Of a DNA stretch of 64,000 bases, positions 20,364 through 31,186 are shown in pieces. The stretch is from Enterococcus sp. GTDB taxonomy: Bacteria > Bacillota > Bacilli > Lactobacillales > Enterococcaceae. The DNA lies in NCBI RefSeq assembly GCF_032555305.1, contig NZ_JAWGOQ010000024.1, positions 11,033 through 75,032 of the forward strand. Direction: 5' to 3'. A program made the translations under genes and the position numbers. Below the pieces are notes generated by a model. It worked only from the letters and a program-made list of their open reading frames with translations. It ran no database searches and was not told the origin of the DNA. The stretch's first letter is position 1. The number at the start of each line of letters is the position of its first letter.

Positions 20364-20699
20364 ATGCAAAAGAGATTACAGAAGTCACGAACAAATGTGG
20401 TGCTGACAGGTACCTTAGCCGGGATTGCCGAATACTTCGGGATCGATGCGACGATCGTACGTGTGATTTATGTTTTCTTGAGTTTCGTCTTGATCGGCTC
20501 ACCGATTGTACTATATGTCTTGTTAGCATTAGTGATTCCAGCGGGCCCAAGAGGAGGCCGGGATTCTTATGGACACAACAATCCATATTACGGAAACAAT
20601 GACTACGGTAGCAGCGACTATGACAACTATGAGAGAAAAACGTCCCCTAAACGCAAAAAAGCGGACAAAATCGACGAAGATGACTGGAGCGACTTTTAA
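20364..20699 (+). CDS. liaY: PspC-domain protein LiaY
   Basis: KSRTNVVLTGTLAGIAEYFGIDATIVR...LYVLLALVIP; C-terminal DDWSDF. Confidence 0.88.
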   Translation: MQKRLQKSRTNVVLTGTLAGIAEYFGIDATIVRVIYVFLSFVLIGSPIVLYVLLALVIPAGPRGGRDSYGHNNPYYGNNDYGSSDYDNYERKTSPKRKKADKIDEDDWSDF

Positions 20700-21061
20700 T
20701 GACTTACTTACAGCGCTTAATAGCTAATGCACTGATTTTTATTTCACTATCAGTGCTCTTTCCTAACCAGGTATATGTGGAAAGTCTGACGATGGCTATA
20801 TTCGCAAGCTTTATCCTATCAATCTTGAATACCTTAGTGAAACCAATCTTAGTATTGCTTTCATTACCGTTGAATATTTTGACTTTAGGGTTATTCAGTT
20901 TTGTGATCAGCGCTGGTATGTTGCAATTGACTTCCAACCTAATAGGAAATTATCGTTTTGGCTTTTCAAGCTTTGCCATCTCAATCATGGTGGCAGTCGT
21001 CATGGCGATTGTCAATGCGATCGTTTCAGATCATAATATCGACAAGTACACGGATAGGTAA
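20699..21061 (+). CDS. liaZ: YvlD/holin-like membrane protein LiaZ
   Basis: LNTLVKPILVLLSLPLNILTLGLFSFVI; third gene of the operon. Confidence 0.85.
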   Translation: MTYLQRLIANALIFISLSVLFPNQVYVESLTMAIFASFILSILNTLVKPILVLLSLPLNILTLGLFSFVISAGMLQLTSNLIGNYRFGFSSFAISIMVAVVMAIVNAIVSDHNIDKYTDR

Positions 21062-21078
21062 ATTTACCTATCCGTTTT
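21050..21078 (+). terminator. Terminator after liaZ
   Basis: ACGGATAGGTAA-AT-TTACCTATCCGT-TTT. Confidence 0.8.
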
Positions 21079-21093
21079 GCGTGTTTCATTAAT

Positions 21094-21144
21094 TGCGATG
21101 AAAACAAAACATTTTTCACAGGTTTGGAAAAAATAAATACTTTA
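21094..21144 (+). repeat. Degenerate partial copy of the structured repeat
   Basis: TGCGATGAAAACAAAACATTTTTC-ACAGGTTTG-GAAAAAATAAATACTTTA resembles the second half of the unit. Confidence 0.5.
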
Positions 21145-21360
21145 CTCTCGACCTGGCCTTCAGTTGCTAATCTGTTTTATTTTGCAAGCAAGTGTGTCAC
21201 GAAAAGTTTTCGAAAAACCAATTAAATGATCCCTATCCCTTGGACTTTATGAATTATTTGTAAAGGCTTTTTTTATTCTGTCCTGAGATGGTTGTCTCAA
21301 CCTAGTCACTCCATGGATAAAATGATAAAATAGAGCGGAAGTGTAGAAAAGAGGGATTAA

Positions 21361-22296
21361 ATGGCTGAAACAGTAAAAGTAAAAGAACTAGTTGATAAAC
21401 TTTCATTGGAAGTAGTAACAGGTGATGAAGAAAGTCTTGAGCGGGTCATTACCACTGGCGATATTTCTCGTCCAGGTTTAGAATTGACCGGCTATTTTAA
21501 TTACTATTCCCATGATCGTTTGCAGCTTTTTGGAAATAAAGAAATCACCTTCGCTGAACGGATGATGCCGGAAGAGCGTTTGATGGTCTTGCGCCGGATG
21601 TGCAGTGACGATACACCAGCTTTCATCGTTTCACGTGGATTAACTCCACCAAAGGAAATGATCGAAGCCGCTAGCGAACGGAATATTCCGGTGTTGAGTT
21701 CGCCGATTTCGACCTCGCGTTTGTTAGGCGAGATATCAAGCTTTTTAAATGGCGGTCTGGCACCGCGGACGAGTGTTCACGGCGTATTGGTCGACGTTTA
21801 TGGCTTGGGCGTTTTGATCCAAGGGGACAGCGGAATTGGTAAGAGTGAAACAGCATTAGAACTAGTTAAACGCGGGCATCGTTTGATTGCGGATGATCGT
21901 GTAGATGTCTATCAACAAGATGAATTGACGATTGTGGGTGAACCGCCAAAAATTTTACAGCACTTAATCGAAATTCGCGGGATCGGGATCATTGATGTGA
22001 TGAATCTTTTCGGTGCCAGTGCCGTTCGCGGCTCAATGCCCGTCCAATTAGTCGTCTATTTGGAAAGCTGGTCTAAAGATAAGAAATATGACCGACTAGG
22101 CAGCGGCAACACAGAAGTGGAAATCGCGGAAGTAAAAATCCCGCAAGTAAAGATTCCGGTAAAAACTGGACGAAATGTCGCGATCATTATTGAAGTTGCG
22201 GCAATGAATTTCCGTGCACGGACAATGGGGTACGACGCGACGAAGACCTTTGAAGATCGTCTGACCCAATTAATTGAAGAAAACTCTGGACAATAA
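21361..22296 (+). CDS. hprK: HPr kinase/phosphorylase
   Basis: [39 protein letters not shown]. Confidence 0.98.
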   Translation: MAETVKVKELVDKLSLEVVTGDEESLERVITTGDISRPGLELTGYFNYYSHDRLQLFGNKEITFAERMMPEERLMVLRRMCSDDTPAFIVSRGLTPPKEMIEAASERNIPVLSSPISTSRLLGEISSFLNGGLAPRTSVHGVLVDVYGLGVLIQGDSGIGKSETALELVKRGHRLIADDRVDVYQQDELTIVGEPPKILQHLIEIRGIGIIDVMNLFGASAVRGSMPVQLVVYLESWSKDKKYDRLGSGNTEVEIAEVKIPQVKIPVKTGRNVAIIIEVAAMNFRARTMGYDATKTFEDRLTQLIEENSGQ

Positions 22297-22297
22297 G

Positions 22298-23128
22298 ATG
22301 GCGGGTCAAATTAATCGCGTGGCCTTTGATTTGTTTGGTCTACAAATTTATTGGTACGCGATCATTATTGTTTCAGCGATCGCGATCGCTTTGTGGTTGT
22401 CTAACCGCGAAGCATTACGAGTTGGTCTAAAGGAAGATGACATGACCAACTTCATTTTGTGGGCGCTGCCGATCGCGATCATCGGAGCTCGTCTGTATTA
22501 TATTTTGTTTGATTTAGAACCGTATCTTGCTGATCCCATCCAGATATTTAACACAAGAAGCGGCGGCCTAGCTATTTATGGCGGTCTGATTGCGGCAGTG
22601 ATTGTTTTAATCGTATACACGCGCCACAATTTTATTGATCCGTGGTTGTTTTTAGATGTCGTATCCCCTAGTGTGATGTTGGCGCAGGCGATGGGACGTT
22701 GGGGAAACTTCACCAACCATGAAGCGTTTGGCGGAGAAACGACGCGTCAGTTTTTAGAGAGTATCCATCTGCCACAGTTTATTATCAATAATATGTATAT
22801 TGATGGCGCCTTTCGTCAACCGACCTTTTTCTATGAATCCATGTGGAGCCTGCTGGGTTTCATCTTGATTTTGATTATCCGAAAAAGAGTGACGGTCAAA
22901 CGTGGCGAACTCTTTTTAGGATATGTGACTTGGTATAGCTTCGGGCGCTTCTTTATCGAAGGAATGCGGACAGACAGTCTCTATTTCTTTGGCGGATTGC
23001 GAGTATCCCAAGTATTATCACTGGTACTTTTTGTTGGAGGGATTGCTTTGTTGATCTATCGGCGAAAAAAACGCACGGATATCAAACAATATGAACGAGA
23101 TAAAGGTACTAATCAAGCGTTAATATAA
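22298..23128 (+). CDS. lgt: Prolipoprotein diacylglyceryl transferase
   Basis: GGLAIYGG, GRWGNF, PTFFYES, RFFIEGMRTD. Confidence 0.97.
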   Translation: MAGQINRVAFDLFGLQIYWYAIIIVSAIAIALWLSNREALRVGLKEDDMTNFILWALPIAIIGARLYYILFDLEPYLADPIQIFNTRSGGLAIYGGLIAAVIVLIVYTRHNFIDPWLFLDVVSPSVMLAQAMGRWGNFTNHEAFGGETTRQFLESIHLPQFIINNMYIDGAFRQPTFFYESMWSLLGFILILIIRKRVTVKRGELFLGYVTWYSFGRFFIEGMRTDSLYFFGGLRVSQVLSLVLFVGGIALLIYRRKKRTDIKQYERDKGTNQALI

Positions 23129-23281
23129 TAACGGATTGATGGCTTTCTATGCTATGATAGTAAATAGAAATGTTGTTAATCGGATCAATTTCACGTCATT
23201 CGCTGCCGGCTTTAAAGAGTCTGCTGGATGAAAGAATAAATTCCAATTAAATGCTCTATTATGAACTAGGAGGAAATCTCT

Positions 23282-24301
23282 GTGAAGCAAAAAGTTGCAG
23301 TATTAGGCCCGGGCTCTTGGGGGACGGCACTAGCACAAACATTAGCTGAAAATGGCCACGAGGTAAAACTTTGGGGAAATCATGAAGCGCAAATTGACGA
23401 AATCAATACCTATCATACGAACCGTCATTATTTGCCAGATTTAAAAATTCCCGAGAGTATTAAGGGCGAGAAAAACTTGAAGGATGCGGTGAAGGATGCG
23501 GCTGCAGTTTTATTCGTTGTTCCAACCAAAGCAATCCGTTCGGTTGCGCAGGAATTTGCTCAAGTAGCGGAAAACAAGCCTGTCATCATACATGCAAGTA
23601 AAGGATTAGAACAAGAAACACATAAACGAATCTCTGAAATCTTGATTGAAGAGATTCCAGAAGAACGTCGCCAAGGCGTGGTCGTACTATCTGGGCCAAG
23701 CCATGCGGAAGAGGTAGCGGTACACGATATTACTACGATCACGGCTGCCTGCGAAGATGAAAAGCTGGCAGCATATGTTCAGAAGCTGTTTATGAATGAG
23801 TATCTTAGAATCTACACAAATCCAGATGTGATCGGTGTTGAAATGGGAGCGGCATTGAAAAATATTATCGCCTTAGGTGCCGGCGCCTTAGCAGGTCTTT
23901 CTTACGGAGATGATGCGAAAGCAGCAATCATGACCCGCGGACTAGCGGAAATCAGTCGCTTAGGAGTCAAGATGGGTGCTAATCCATTGACTTTCATCGG
24001 TTTGAGCGGTGTCGGTGATTTAATTGTAACCTGTACTTCTGTTCATTCACGGAATTGGCGTGCGGGTAATCTTTTAGGTAAAGGGCATAAGCTAGGTGAG
24101 GTTCTAGACAATATGGGTATGATCGTCGAAGGTGTCTCTACGACGAAAGCAGCAAAAGAGCTGGCTGACAGTATGGATGTCAGCATGCCGATCACTGAAA
24201 CAATCTATGATGTGTTATATAATGATAAAGACGTGCGTCAGGCTTGTCGCGAGTTGATGATGCGTGAAGGTACGTTTGAAAATGAATTTACTTTAGAATA
24301 G
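23282..24301 (+). CDS. gpsA: NAD(P)H-dependent glycerol-3-phosphate dehydrogenase
   Basis: [43 protein letters not shown]. Confidence 0.97.
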   Translation: MKQKVAVLGPGSWGTALAQTLAENGHEVKLWGNHEAQIDEINTYHTNRHYLPDLKIPESIKGEKNLKDAVKDAAAVLFVVPTKAIRSVAQEFAQVAENKPVIIHASKGLEQETHKRISEILIEEIPEERRQGVVVLSGPSHAEEVAVHDITTITAACEDEKLAAYVQKLFMNEYLRIYTNPDVIGVEMGAALKNIIALGAGALAGLSYGDDAKAAIMTRGLAEISRLGVKMGANPLTFIGLSGVGDLIVTCTSVHSRNWRAGNLLGKGHKLGEVLDNMGMIVEGVSTTKAAKELADSMDVSMPITETIYDVLYNDKDVRQACRELMMREGTFENEFTLE

Positions 24302-24320
24302 AAAGAGTGGGACAAGATTC

Positions 24321-25214
24321 ATGCGAGTAAAAAAAGCAGTTATTCCAGCCGCTGGGTTGGGAACAAGATTTTTACCAGCTACAAAAGCGATGGCCAAAGA
24401 AATGTTGCCAATCGTCGACAAACCAACGATCCAATTTATCGTTGAAGAAGCATTAAAATCTGGGATCGAAGATATTTTGATTGTGACTGGAAAAGCAAAA
24501 CGCCCAATTGAAGATCATTTCGACTCAAACATTGAATTGGAAACGAATTTGCGAGAAAAAGGCAAGACAGAACTATTAAAATTAGTCGAAGAAACGACAG
24601 ATGTGAATCTGCACTTTATTCGTCAGTCACATCCAATGGGCCTTGGACATGCTGTATTACAAGCCCGCGCCTTCGTTGGCAATGAACCATTTGTTGTCAT
24701 GCTGGGTGATGATTTAATGGAAGATCAGGTACCTTTAACGAAGCAATTGATGAACGATTATGAACAAACTCATGCATCAACTATTGCGGTAATGCGCGTA
24801 CCGAAACAAGATACATCTAAATACGGGATCATTAATCCAGGCGAGGAAGTTTCTAAAGGCTTGTTCAATGTGAAGAACTTTGTGGAAAAACCAAAGCCAG
24901 AAGAAGCACCAAGTAATTTGGCGATCATCGGCCGCTATTTACTGACGCCTGAAATCTTTGATGTATTGGCAACACAAAAACCAGGTGCTGGTAACGAGAT
25001 CCAACTGACAGATGCCATTGATACCTTGAACAAGACACAACGCGTCTTTGCACAAGAATTCAACGGAAAACGTTTTGATGTCGGCGATAAATTCGGCTTC
25101 ATGACAACCAGCATTGAATATGGCTTAAAACACCCAGAAATCAAAGATAAATTACATGATTACATCATCGCATTAGGCAAAGAACTAAGCGGTCAAAATA
25201 AAACAAAAAAATAA
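24321..25214 (+). CDS. galU: UTP-glucose-1-phosphate uridylyltransferase
   Basis: [35 protein letters not shown]. Confidence 0.98.
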   Translation: MRVKKAVIPAAGLGTRFLPATKAMAKEMLPIVDKPTIQFIVEEALKSGIEDILIVTGKAKRPIEDHFDSNIELETNLREKGKTELLKLVEETTDVNLHFIRQSHPMGLGHAVLQARAFVGNEPFVVMLGDDLMEDQVPLTKQLMNDYEQTHASTIAVMRVPKQDTSKYGIINPGEEVSKGLFNVKNFVEKPKPEEAPSNLAIIGRYLLTPEIFDVLATQKPGAGNEIQLTDAIDTLNKTQRVFAQEFNGKRFDVGDKFGFMTTSIEYGLKHPEIKDKLHDYIIALGKELSGQNKTKK

Positions 25215-25220
25215 TTATTG

Positions 25221-25247
25221 AAGCGCAGAATTGATTCTGCGCTTTTT
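25221..25247 (+). terminator. Terminator after galU
   Basis: AAGCGCAGAAT-TG-ATTCTGCGCTT-TTT. Confidence 0.8.
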
Positions 25248-25379
25248 ATATTGTCAGTTATTTTAAACGAAAGAATTATTGGATTTTTTAATGCTAATTA
25301 TCACTATAATTAATAGAAAATATTAGTTATTTTGTTATATAATGTTTTTTGAAAATAACGATTAAAAAAAGGAGATTGA

Positions 25380-25940
25380 ATGAAAACTTCTCGACTAAAT
25401 AAAGAAATCGTCATCGAATGTGCGATGGATCTGGTTTGCGAGTCTGGCATCAATGGACTACGATTAAATAAAATCGCTGATCGCTTGGATGTGAAGTCCC
25501 CTTCTTTGTATACGCATACAGGTAGTGTTACAGAATTACGCCAAACAGTCATCGGACGTGCAATGGAAGGATTTCGTGAGCAATTAGTAGACTCCTTATT
25601 AGGCAGAGCAGATCTCTGTGCTTTTGTAGAATTAGGGAAAACCTGGGCAGCTTATGCCAAAAATCAACATGCTTTTTATACTGTTTTTTACGAAAAAGAA
25701 TACATAGACTCTTATGAAAAGAGTATTTCGGTTTTTCTAAGAGCCGCCTTTGAACGAATCTTCTTAAAATGCAACCTGACTGATCAGGAACTGATTCAAG
25801 TTGAACGTGTGATGACCAATTATTTCCGCGGTCATGCTGATGGGTTCGCAGACACAAATTTCAAAGAAGCTGAGCTGATCAGCGATTTAGAAATCCTTTA
25901 TAATGGCATCCTGCAAAATTTTTCGAAAGTATCTCAATAA
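25380..25940 (+). CDS. TetR/AcrR family regulator
   Basis: GINGLRLNKIADRLDVKSPSLYTH HTH motif. Confidence 0.85.
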   Translation: MKTSRLNKEIVIECAMDLVCESGINGLRLNKIADRLDVKSPSLYTHTGSVTELRQTVIGRAMEGFREQLVDSLLGRADLCAFVELGKTWAAYAKNQHAFYTVFYEKEYIDSYEKSISVFLRAAFERIFLKCNLTDQELIQVERVMTNYFRGHADGFADTNFKEAELISDLEILYNGILQNFSKVSQ

Positions 25941-26058
25941 TTTATTTGAGATATTTTTTTTATTAGAATTGATTAGAACTCTTTCTCTTTCATTAATTTC
26001 TATGGGAATGGTATAATTTAAGTTAGCATTATGAGTGAAAAATGAGAGGAGCGATTGA

Positions 26059-26496
26059 ATGAGTTTAGGCGGCATTGCAGCAATTATTGCAGCACTCGCA
26101 TTTGTTGTTTTGGTCATCTTTTTAGTTCGTGTTTTGAGCCAAGTCTCAAAAACGGTCGAAAAGGTTGAGACAACAGTGACTGAGGCTAATACTACGATTG
26201 ACGTCCTTACCAAGGATGTAGATTTGCTCATGCAACAGGTAGAAGGATTGCTAGTTAAGGGCAATCACCTGCTGAATGATATCAATGGGAAAGTGGAGAC
26301 GATTGATCCACTGTTTACAGCGGTAGCTGATTTGAGTCAGAGTGTTTCTGATTTAAATACTACGAGTCGAAATCTGGCAGGAAAAGTTGGCGGTGTTGGT
26401 AAGAATGCAGCGAAAGCGAGTGTTGCAGGAAAAGTTGGCGCAACAACTATGAGATTCTTTAGAGATCGTAACAAAACAACGAAAACGGAGGGATAA
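26059..26496 (+). CDS. DUF948 (YtxG-like) general stress membrane protein
   Basis: N-terminal TM plus coiled coil; paired with a YtxH gene. Confidence 0.85.
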   Translation: MSLGGIAAIIAALAFVVLVIFLVRVLSQVSKTVEKVETTVTEANTTIDVLTKDVDLLMQQVEGLLVKGNHLLNDINGKVETIDPLFTAVADLSQSVSDLNTTSRNLAGKVGGVGKNAAKASVAGKVGATTMRFFRDRNKTTKTEG

Positions 26497-26498
26497 GA

Positions 26499-27065
26499 AT
26501 GGCAAAACGTGGAGGATTTTTAGCAGGTGCCTTGATTGGCGGAACAGCAGCGGCAGTAGTCGCATTGCTATTGGCACCAAAATCAGGAAAAGAATTACGT
26601 GAAGATTTGGCAGAAAAAACAGATGAGTGGTTAGATTTAGCGTCAGATTATACAGATGATTTTGTTTCTAAGACTGGCGAAATGGGTTCAATCGTAAAAG
26701 ATCGGGCCTCTGACTTGGGAGATCAAGCAAGTGATCTCGCTTCAAGTGTAAAAGGAAAGGTCAGCGATTCAATGGATGACATGGATGATATTACTTCTGA
26801 TACTTTAGAAGATCTAAAACGTCAAAGTTCTGATCTGTCTGATCGTTTCCGTAAAGCTGCCGGCGATGCCAGAGATGTTGCTGAAGATGCTTCAGAAGAT
26901 ATCGTGATCGATGCTAAAGAAACAAAAGAAGAAGCAAAAGCGACAGTCGCTGAAGGTGCCGATGATCTAGCGGATAAAGCGAATGAAATCAATGAAGAAA
27001 AGCCTGCTTTTGAAGAAGTCAAAGAAGAGCTGAAAGAAGAAGTAGAAAAAAACAATCCGGAATAA
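26499..27065 (+). CDS. YtxH-domain general stress protein
   Basis: [28 protein letters not shown]. Confidence 0.9.
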   Translation: MAKRGGFLAGALIGGTAAAVVALLLAPKSGKELREDLAEKTDEWLDLASDYTDDFVSKTGEMGSIVKDRASDLGDQASDLASSVKGKVSDSMDDMDDITSDTLEDLKRQSSDLSDRFRKAAGDARDVAEDASEDIVIDAKETKEEAKATVAEGADDLADKANEINEEKPAFEEVKEELKEEVEKNNPE

Positions 27066-27255
27066 AAACGATTCTATTGTAGTCCTCTGTAAGGAGGGCT
27101 ATTTTTTTGTCCTTTTTTGCCAAAGTGATGTTTGGGAGGATGCTGATTTAGAAAAACAAGGATAAGTAGCTTGCAACCTGCAACCATTGCGTGCGCAACG
27201 CCTGCCGTTGCTGTATTCTTGAGTCAAAGTAATCAATAATAGGGGTGTAACAAAA

Positions 27256-27732
27256 ATGGAGATAGGCAAAATGATTCGTGCACAAAGAGAAGAACTGAAG
27301 ATGACTCAACAGCAGCTAGCAGATCAACTCTACGTTACTAGACAAACAATTTCTAAATGGGAATTGGGAAAAAGTGAGCCTGATCTTATTTCAAGAAAAA
27401 ATCTGGAAACTATTTTAGCTGTTCGATTCGTCGAGGAGTCTTCTTCAACAAAGAAGGAGGAAGGTTTTATGAAAAAAATTCAATGGTTTGCTGGAGTTGT
27501 GTTGTTTGGTGTTTTATTTTTCCCGCTGCGTTTCCTATGGGTCATGCTTCGTCGAAATTGGGAGCATACGTTGATTCGTTTTGTTTTGGTACCTGTGAGT
27601 ATAGCATTTTCATTATGGTATCTGCATATACTTAAGGATAATGTGTTCTATCTATTCTTAGGTTTGATCTTAGTGGCTTATTTGATCACAAGTTATTACT
27701 TTTTCAGTGATAAGAAAACAGCGAGCAACTAA
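27256..27732 (+). CDS. XRE-family HTH protein with C-terminal 3-TM domain
   Basis: MTQQQLADQLYVTRQTISKWELGKSEPD plus hydrophobic C-terminal half. Confidence 0.85.
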   Translation: MEIGKMIRAQREELKMTQQQLADQLYVTRQTISKWELGKSEPDLISRKNLETILAVRFVEESSSTKKEEGFMKKIQWFAGVVLFGVLFFPLRFLWVMLRRNWEHTLIRFVLVPVSIAFSLWYLHILKDNVFYLFLGLILVAYLITSYYFFSDKKTASN

Positions 27733-27770
27733 TAAATCCCCCTATTCAAATAAGAATAGGGGGATTTATT
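27731..27770. terminator. Bidirectional terminator between the XRE gene and pepQ
   Basis: AATAAATCCCCCTATTC-N6-GAATAGGGGGATTTATT. Confidence 0.85.
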
Positions 27771-27771
27771 A

Positions 27772-28872
27772 TTATAAGACGATCAGTTCTTTTGAAGTCT
27801 TAGTGAATGGAACGCAACTATCTTTGGTTACGAACAAGCAGTCTTCAATTCTGACGCCGACATCATTTGGCAAATAGATGCCTGGTTCGATCGAGAAGCA
27901 CATGCCTTCTTTAACTTCCAGGTCATTGCCGCCAACGATTTGCGGAAATTCATGGATCGTTGTACCGATTCCATGGCCTAGACGGTGATTGAAGTATTCT
28001 CCATAGCCTTGTTTTTCGATCACATCACGAGCTAGCTTATCCAGCTGTCCACAAGTGACACCAGGTTTCACAGCATCTAGTGCAGCCATATGTGCTTCTA
28101 ATACGATGTTATAGATATCTTTTTGGTGATCGGTTGGTTTGCCGCAAGCAACAGTCCGAGTCGCATCACTGCAATAGCCATTAACAATCGTACCAAGGTC
28201 AAATAGTACAAGTTCGTTTTCTTTACAAGTGTTCTTTCCGGGTGTTCCGTGAGGACTAGCAGCATTTGGCCCAGCTAAAACTTCTGTCGGGAAGGACATT
28301 TGTTTGATGCCCTTTTTCTTCAATTCGTACTCGATCTCTGCTACGATCTCCTCTTCAGTCATGCCTGGTTTCACATGTCTAAAACCAATTTCAAAAGCAA
28401 GATCAGCGGTTGAGCCGGCTTCGATTAAGCGTTGGCATTCCTCTTCGGTCTTATATAATTGTAATTCTTGAACTAGCGGAGTTAGGTCAGCTGAGAAATC
28501 AGCAGCTGGGAAGGCTTCACTTAAGCGCAGGTAACGATCCAACACTAATTGATTCTTCTCTAAGGCGATTTTTTTAGGCGAACCGTAACGTTTTTTGATT
28601 TCATCCACGATAATGGCGAATGGGTCCTGACTATCTAAGTATCCCACCACGTCATATTCAAAACTGCTGGCCTTCGCATCTTCTACCTCCAGACCAGGTG
28701 CAAATAGAAATGGGTCTTTTTCAAGTGGAATGAATAACGCTAATACACGTTCCATTGGATTACTGTCAAATCCAGAGAAGTAGCCGATATGGCTTGCATC
28801 CGATACATAAGCTAAATCTACTTCGTTTGATTGCATCCATTTACGTAATTCTGAAACTTTTTCTTGGTTCAT
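27772..28872 (-). CDS. pepQ: Xaa-Pro dipeptidase (M24)
   Basis: DLGT, SDATRT, HRLGHGIG, EPGIY, GVRIED; divergent from ccpA. Confidence 0.95.
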   Translation of the reverse strand: MNQEKVSELRKWMQSNEVDLAYVSDASHIGYFSGFDSNPMERVLALFIPLEKDPFLFAPGLEVEDAKASSFEYDVVGYLDSQDPFAIIVDEIKKRYGSPKKIALEKNQLVLDRYLRLSEAFPAADFSADLTPLVQELQLYKTEEECQRLIEAGSTADLAFEIGFRHVKPGMTEEEIVAEIEYELKKKGIKQMSFPTEVLAGPNAASPHGTPGKNTCKENELVLFDLGTIVNGYCSDATRTVACGKPTDHQKDIYNIVLEAHMAALDAVKPGVTCGQLDKLARDVIEKQGYGEYFNHRLGHGIGTTIHEFPQIVGGNDLEVKEGMCFSIEPGIYLPNDVGVRIEDCLFVTKDSCVPFTKTSKELIVL

Positions 28873-28943
28873 TAAAACATCCTTCTTTCCTTCAGCGTTA
28901 TTATCATTGTAACACTAATAAATTTTATTGAAAAACGATTCTT

Positions 28944-28957
28944 ATAAAACGCTTACA
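28944..28957 (-). promoter_or_regulatory. cre site in the pepQ-ccpA divergent region
   Basis: Minus strand TGTAAGCGTTTTAT; pepQ-cre-ccpA is the typical lactic acid bacteria arrangement. Confidence 0.7.
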
Positions 28958-29067
28958 AAAATTTAAGAAAAAATGTGTAAAACGGTTGCAATCAGTGAAA
29001 CAACGTGCTATTATCTTTTAGAAATGTAAATGATATTTTCTGAAAACAATTTTAAAGGAGCATATCC

Positions 29068-30072
29068 ATGGAAAAGCAAACAATTACGATTTATGATGTT
29101 GCCCGCGAAGCAAACGTTTCAATGGCAACCGTTTCTCGTGTGGTCAACGGCAACCCCAATGTGAAACCAACAACACGTAAAAAGGTGTTAGAAGTTATTG
29201 AACGTCTAGATTATCGTCCAAACGCTGTCGCACGAGGACTAGCAAGCAAGAAAACAACGACAGTCGGTGTCATCATTCCTGATGTCAGCAACATGTTTTT
29301 CGCATCATTAGCTCGCGGAATCGACGATATTGCGACGATGTACAAATATAATATTATTTTAGCCAACTCTGACGGCGAAGCACAAAAAGAAGTCAACGTG
29401 CTGAACAACTTATTAGCGAAACAAGTAGACGGCGTGATCTTCATGGGTCACCGAATCACTGATGAGATCCGTGCGGAATTCTCTCGTTCAAAAACACCGA
29501 TCGTTTTGGCTGGTTCAATTGACCCTGACGAACAAGTTGGGAGTGTAAACATTGACTACAAAGCAGCAACAAAAGAATCAATCGACTTATTAGCTAAACA
29601 CGGCAATAAGAAAATTGCTTTCATCAGCGGTGCGTTGATCGACGCGATCAACGGACAAGCTCGTATGGGCGGATACAAAGAAGCTTTAGCTGAAAATGGT
29701 TTAGACTATAATGAAGGTTTGATCTTTGAAGCACCGTACAACTTCAAAGAAGGCTTGGCATTGACTGACCGTATCTTGAACAGCGGTGCGACAGCAGCTT
29801 ATGTGACTGATGATGAATTAGCAATCGGTTTATTGGATGGCTTGATCGACAAAGGCGTGAAAGTGCCAGAAGACTTCGAAATCATCACAAGCAATGACTC
29901 ATTGCTTACTGAAGTGGCTCGTCCACGTCTAAGCAGTGTGACTCAACCATTGTATGATATCGGTGCCGTAGCAATGCGTCTATTGACAAAAATGATGAAC
30001 AAAGAAGAAATCGAACAAAAAACGATTGAATTGCCTCATGGCATCTTCGAAAAAGGGTCAACAAAAGAATAA
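29068..30072 (+). CDS. ccpA: Catabolite control protein A
   Basis: TIYDVAREANVSMATVSRVVNGNPNVK; QPLYDIGAVAMRLLTK. Confidence 0.99.
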   Translation: MEKQTITIYDVAREANVSMATVSRVVNGNPNVKPTTRKKVLEVIERLDYRPNAVARGLASKKTTTVGVIIPDVSNMFFASLARGIDDIATMYKYNIILANSDGEAQKEVNVLNNLLAKQVDGVIFMGHRITDEIRAEFSRSKTPIVLAGSIDPDEQVGSVNIDYKAATKESIDLLAKHGNKKIAFISGALIDAINGQARMGGYKEALAENGLDYNEGLIFEAPYNFKEGLALTDRILNSGATAAYVTDDELAIGLLDGLIDKGVKVPEDFEIITSNDSLLTEVARPRLSSVTQPLYDIGAVAMRLLTKMMNKEEIEQKTIELPHGIFEKGSTKE

Positions 30073-30076
30073 AGGT

Positions 30077-30115
30077 AAAGTGCCAAAATCAAAAAGTGAT
30101 TTTGGCACTTTTTTT
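30077..30115. terminator. Terminator between ccpA and treR
   Basis: AAAGTGCCAAAATCA...TGATTTTGGCACTTT plus T-run. Confidence 0.85.
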
Positions 30116-30137
30116 GATACTCAATAGAACTTGGCGG

Positions 30138-30860
30138 CTACATGGTAGAAGGATGACGTCTCGCAAAATCGAAGAAGCGGAATTTATCAACCTGATGCCG
30201 GCTCTCGGTATATTGAAACTGACGGGCGTCACTGATAAAGACACGACTTTTTACTGAAACGATATTGATATCGTGTTGATTAAGATCCAGCAGATCACGG
30301 TCTTCGTCCGTTAAGGCATCGATCGTGATTTCTTTTTCTGCAAAAGAAATATTCAATCCTAATTGGTTCTCAAAATAGCGATAGATCGAATCCTTAGCAA
30401 TCTCAGTATCTAACTCCGGTACGATCGTAGTTAATAGGATGTCTTTGTCGAGGATGACTTTTTTTTGATCGATCGCTCGAGTACGAATCAATTCCCAGCA
30501 GACAGAACCTACTTCGAAGCCGGTCACCTGGGCGTCTCGTTCATTGATTGTAATTTTTTTCAGGCTGACGACATTCGTACTGCTTTCATAACCATAAGAA
30601 TTCTGCAGCTCCTTGAAGCTGGTCAGACCAGAAACGGGAAAACGTAGTTGTTCTCGCTTCAAGACAAGCGAACCCTTTCCTTGAATTTTTTGAATGTAGC
30701 CATTCGCCATTAATAGAGACAAAGCTTTCCGAATAGTATCTCTTGATACATGGTAGGTTTGTCGCAGTTTATTCTCGCTCGGCAGGTAAGAGCCCGCTTC
30801 ATAAACGCCTTTTAAAATCCCACGCTCGATTGCTTGATAGATCACTTCATAATTTTTCAT
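30138..30860 (-). CDS. treR: Trehalose operon repressor (GntR/HutC)
   Basis: LPSENKL...SRDTIRKAL...QGKGSLV; FPVSGLTSFKEL; FQYTESRH..DKFRF. Confidence 0.92.
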   Translation of the reverse strand: MKNYEVIYQAIERGILKGVYEAGSYLPSENKLRQTYHVSRDTIRKALSLLMANGYIQKIQGKGSLVLKREQLRFPVSGLTSFKELQNSYGYESSTNVVSLKKITINERDAQVTGFEVGSVCWELIRTRAIDQKKVILDKDILLTTIVPELDTEIAKDSIYRYFENQLGLNISFAEKEITIDALTDEDRDLLDLNQHDINIVSVKSRVFISDARQFQYTESRHQVDKFRFFDFARRHPSTM

Positions 30861-30871
30861 CGTATCCTCCT

Positions 30872-30889
30872 AACTTGTCCGTATATGTA
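30872..30889. promoter_or_regulatory. Putative TreR operator at the treR promoter
   Basis: AACTTGTCCGTATATGTA, similar to the palindrome at 31146. Confidence 0.5.
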
Positions 30890-31093
30890 TATTCATTATA
30901 CAAATAAGAAAACCAAAAGTAAAACGCTTTCTAATGGATGCTGAAAGATAAAATGAGAAAACTTTTATTTTTTGGTAGACTTGTTGGGTTATTAGCCAAC
31001 CTGTTGGTACACATAATACCGACATTTAGTTTATAAAACTTGTTACACTCTCTTTAGATTAGAAAGTTCTCATATTTGGTGAGATGCCGAAAA

Positions 31094-31108
31094 TGTAAGC
31101 GATTTACA
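31094..31108. promoter_or_regulatory. cre site upstream of treP
   Basis: TGTAAGCGATTTACA. Confidence 0.65.
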
Positions 31109-31145
31109 AAAAAGCTTCTACCCTTTATAGTAAATGTATCAGCTG

Positions 31146-31163
31146 AACTTATCCATACAAGTT
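31146..31163. promoter_or_regulatory. Putative TreR operator
   Basis: AACTTATCCATACAAGTT imperfect palindrome of HutC-subfamily type, 23 nt before treP. Confidence 0.65.
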
Positions 31164-31186
31164 AAAATTATTCGGAGGGAAAAAAG

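Noticed and set aside
20699..21061. Prophage holin
   Set aside because: It is the YvlD/LiaZ member of the core liaXYZ operon; no lysin, integrase or structural genes are nearby.
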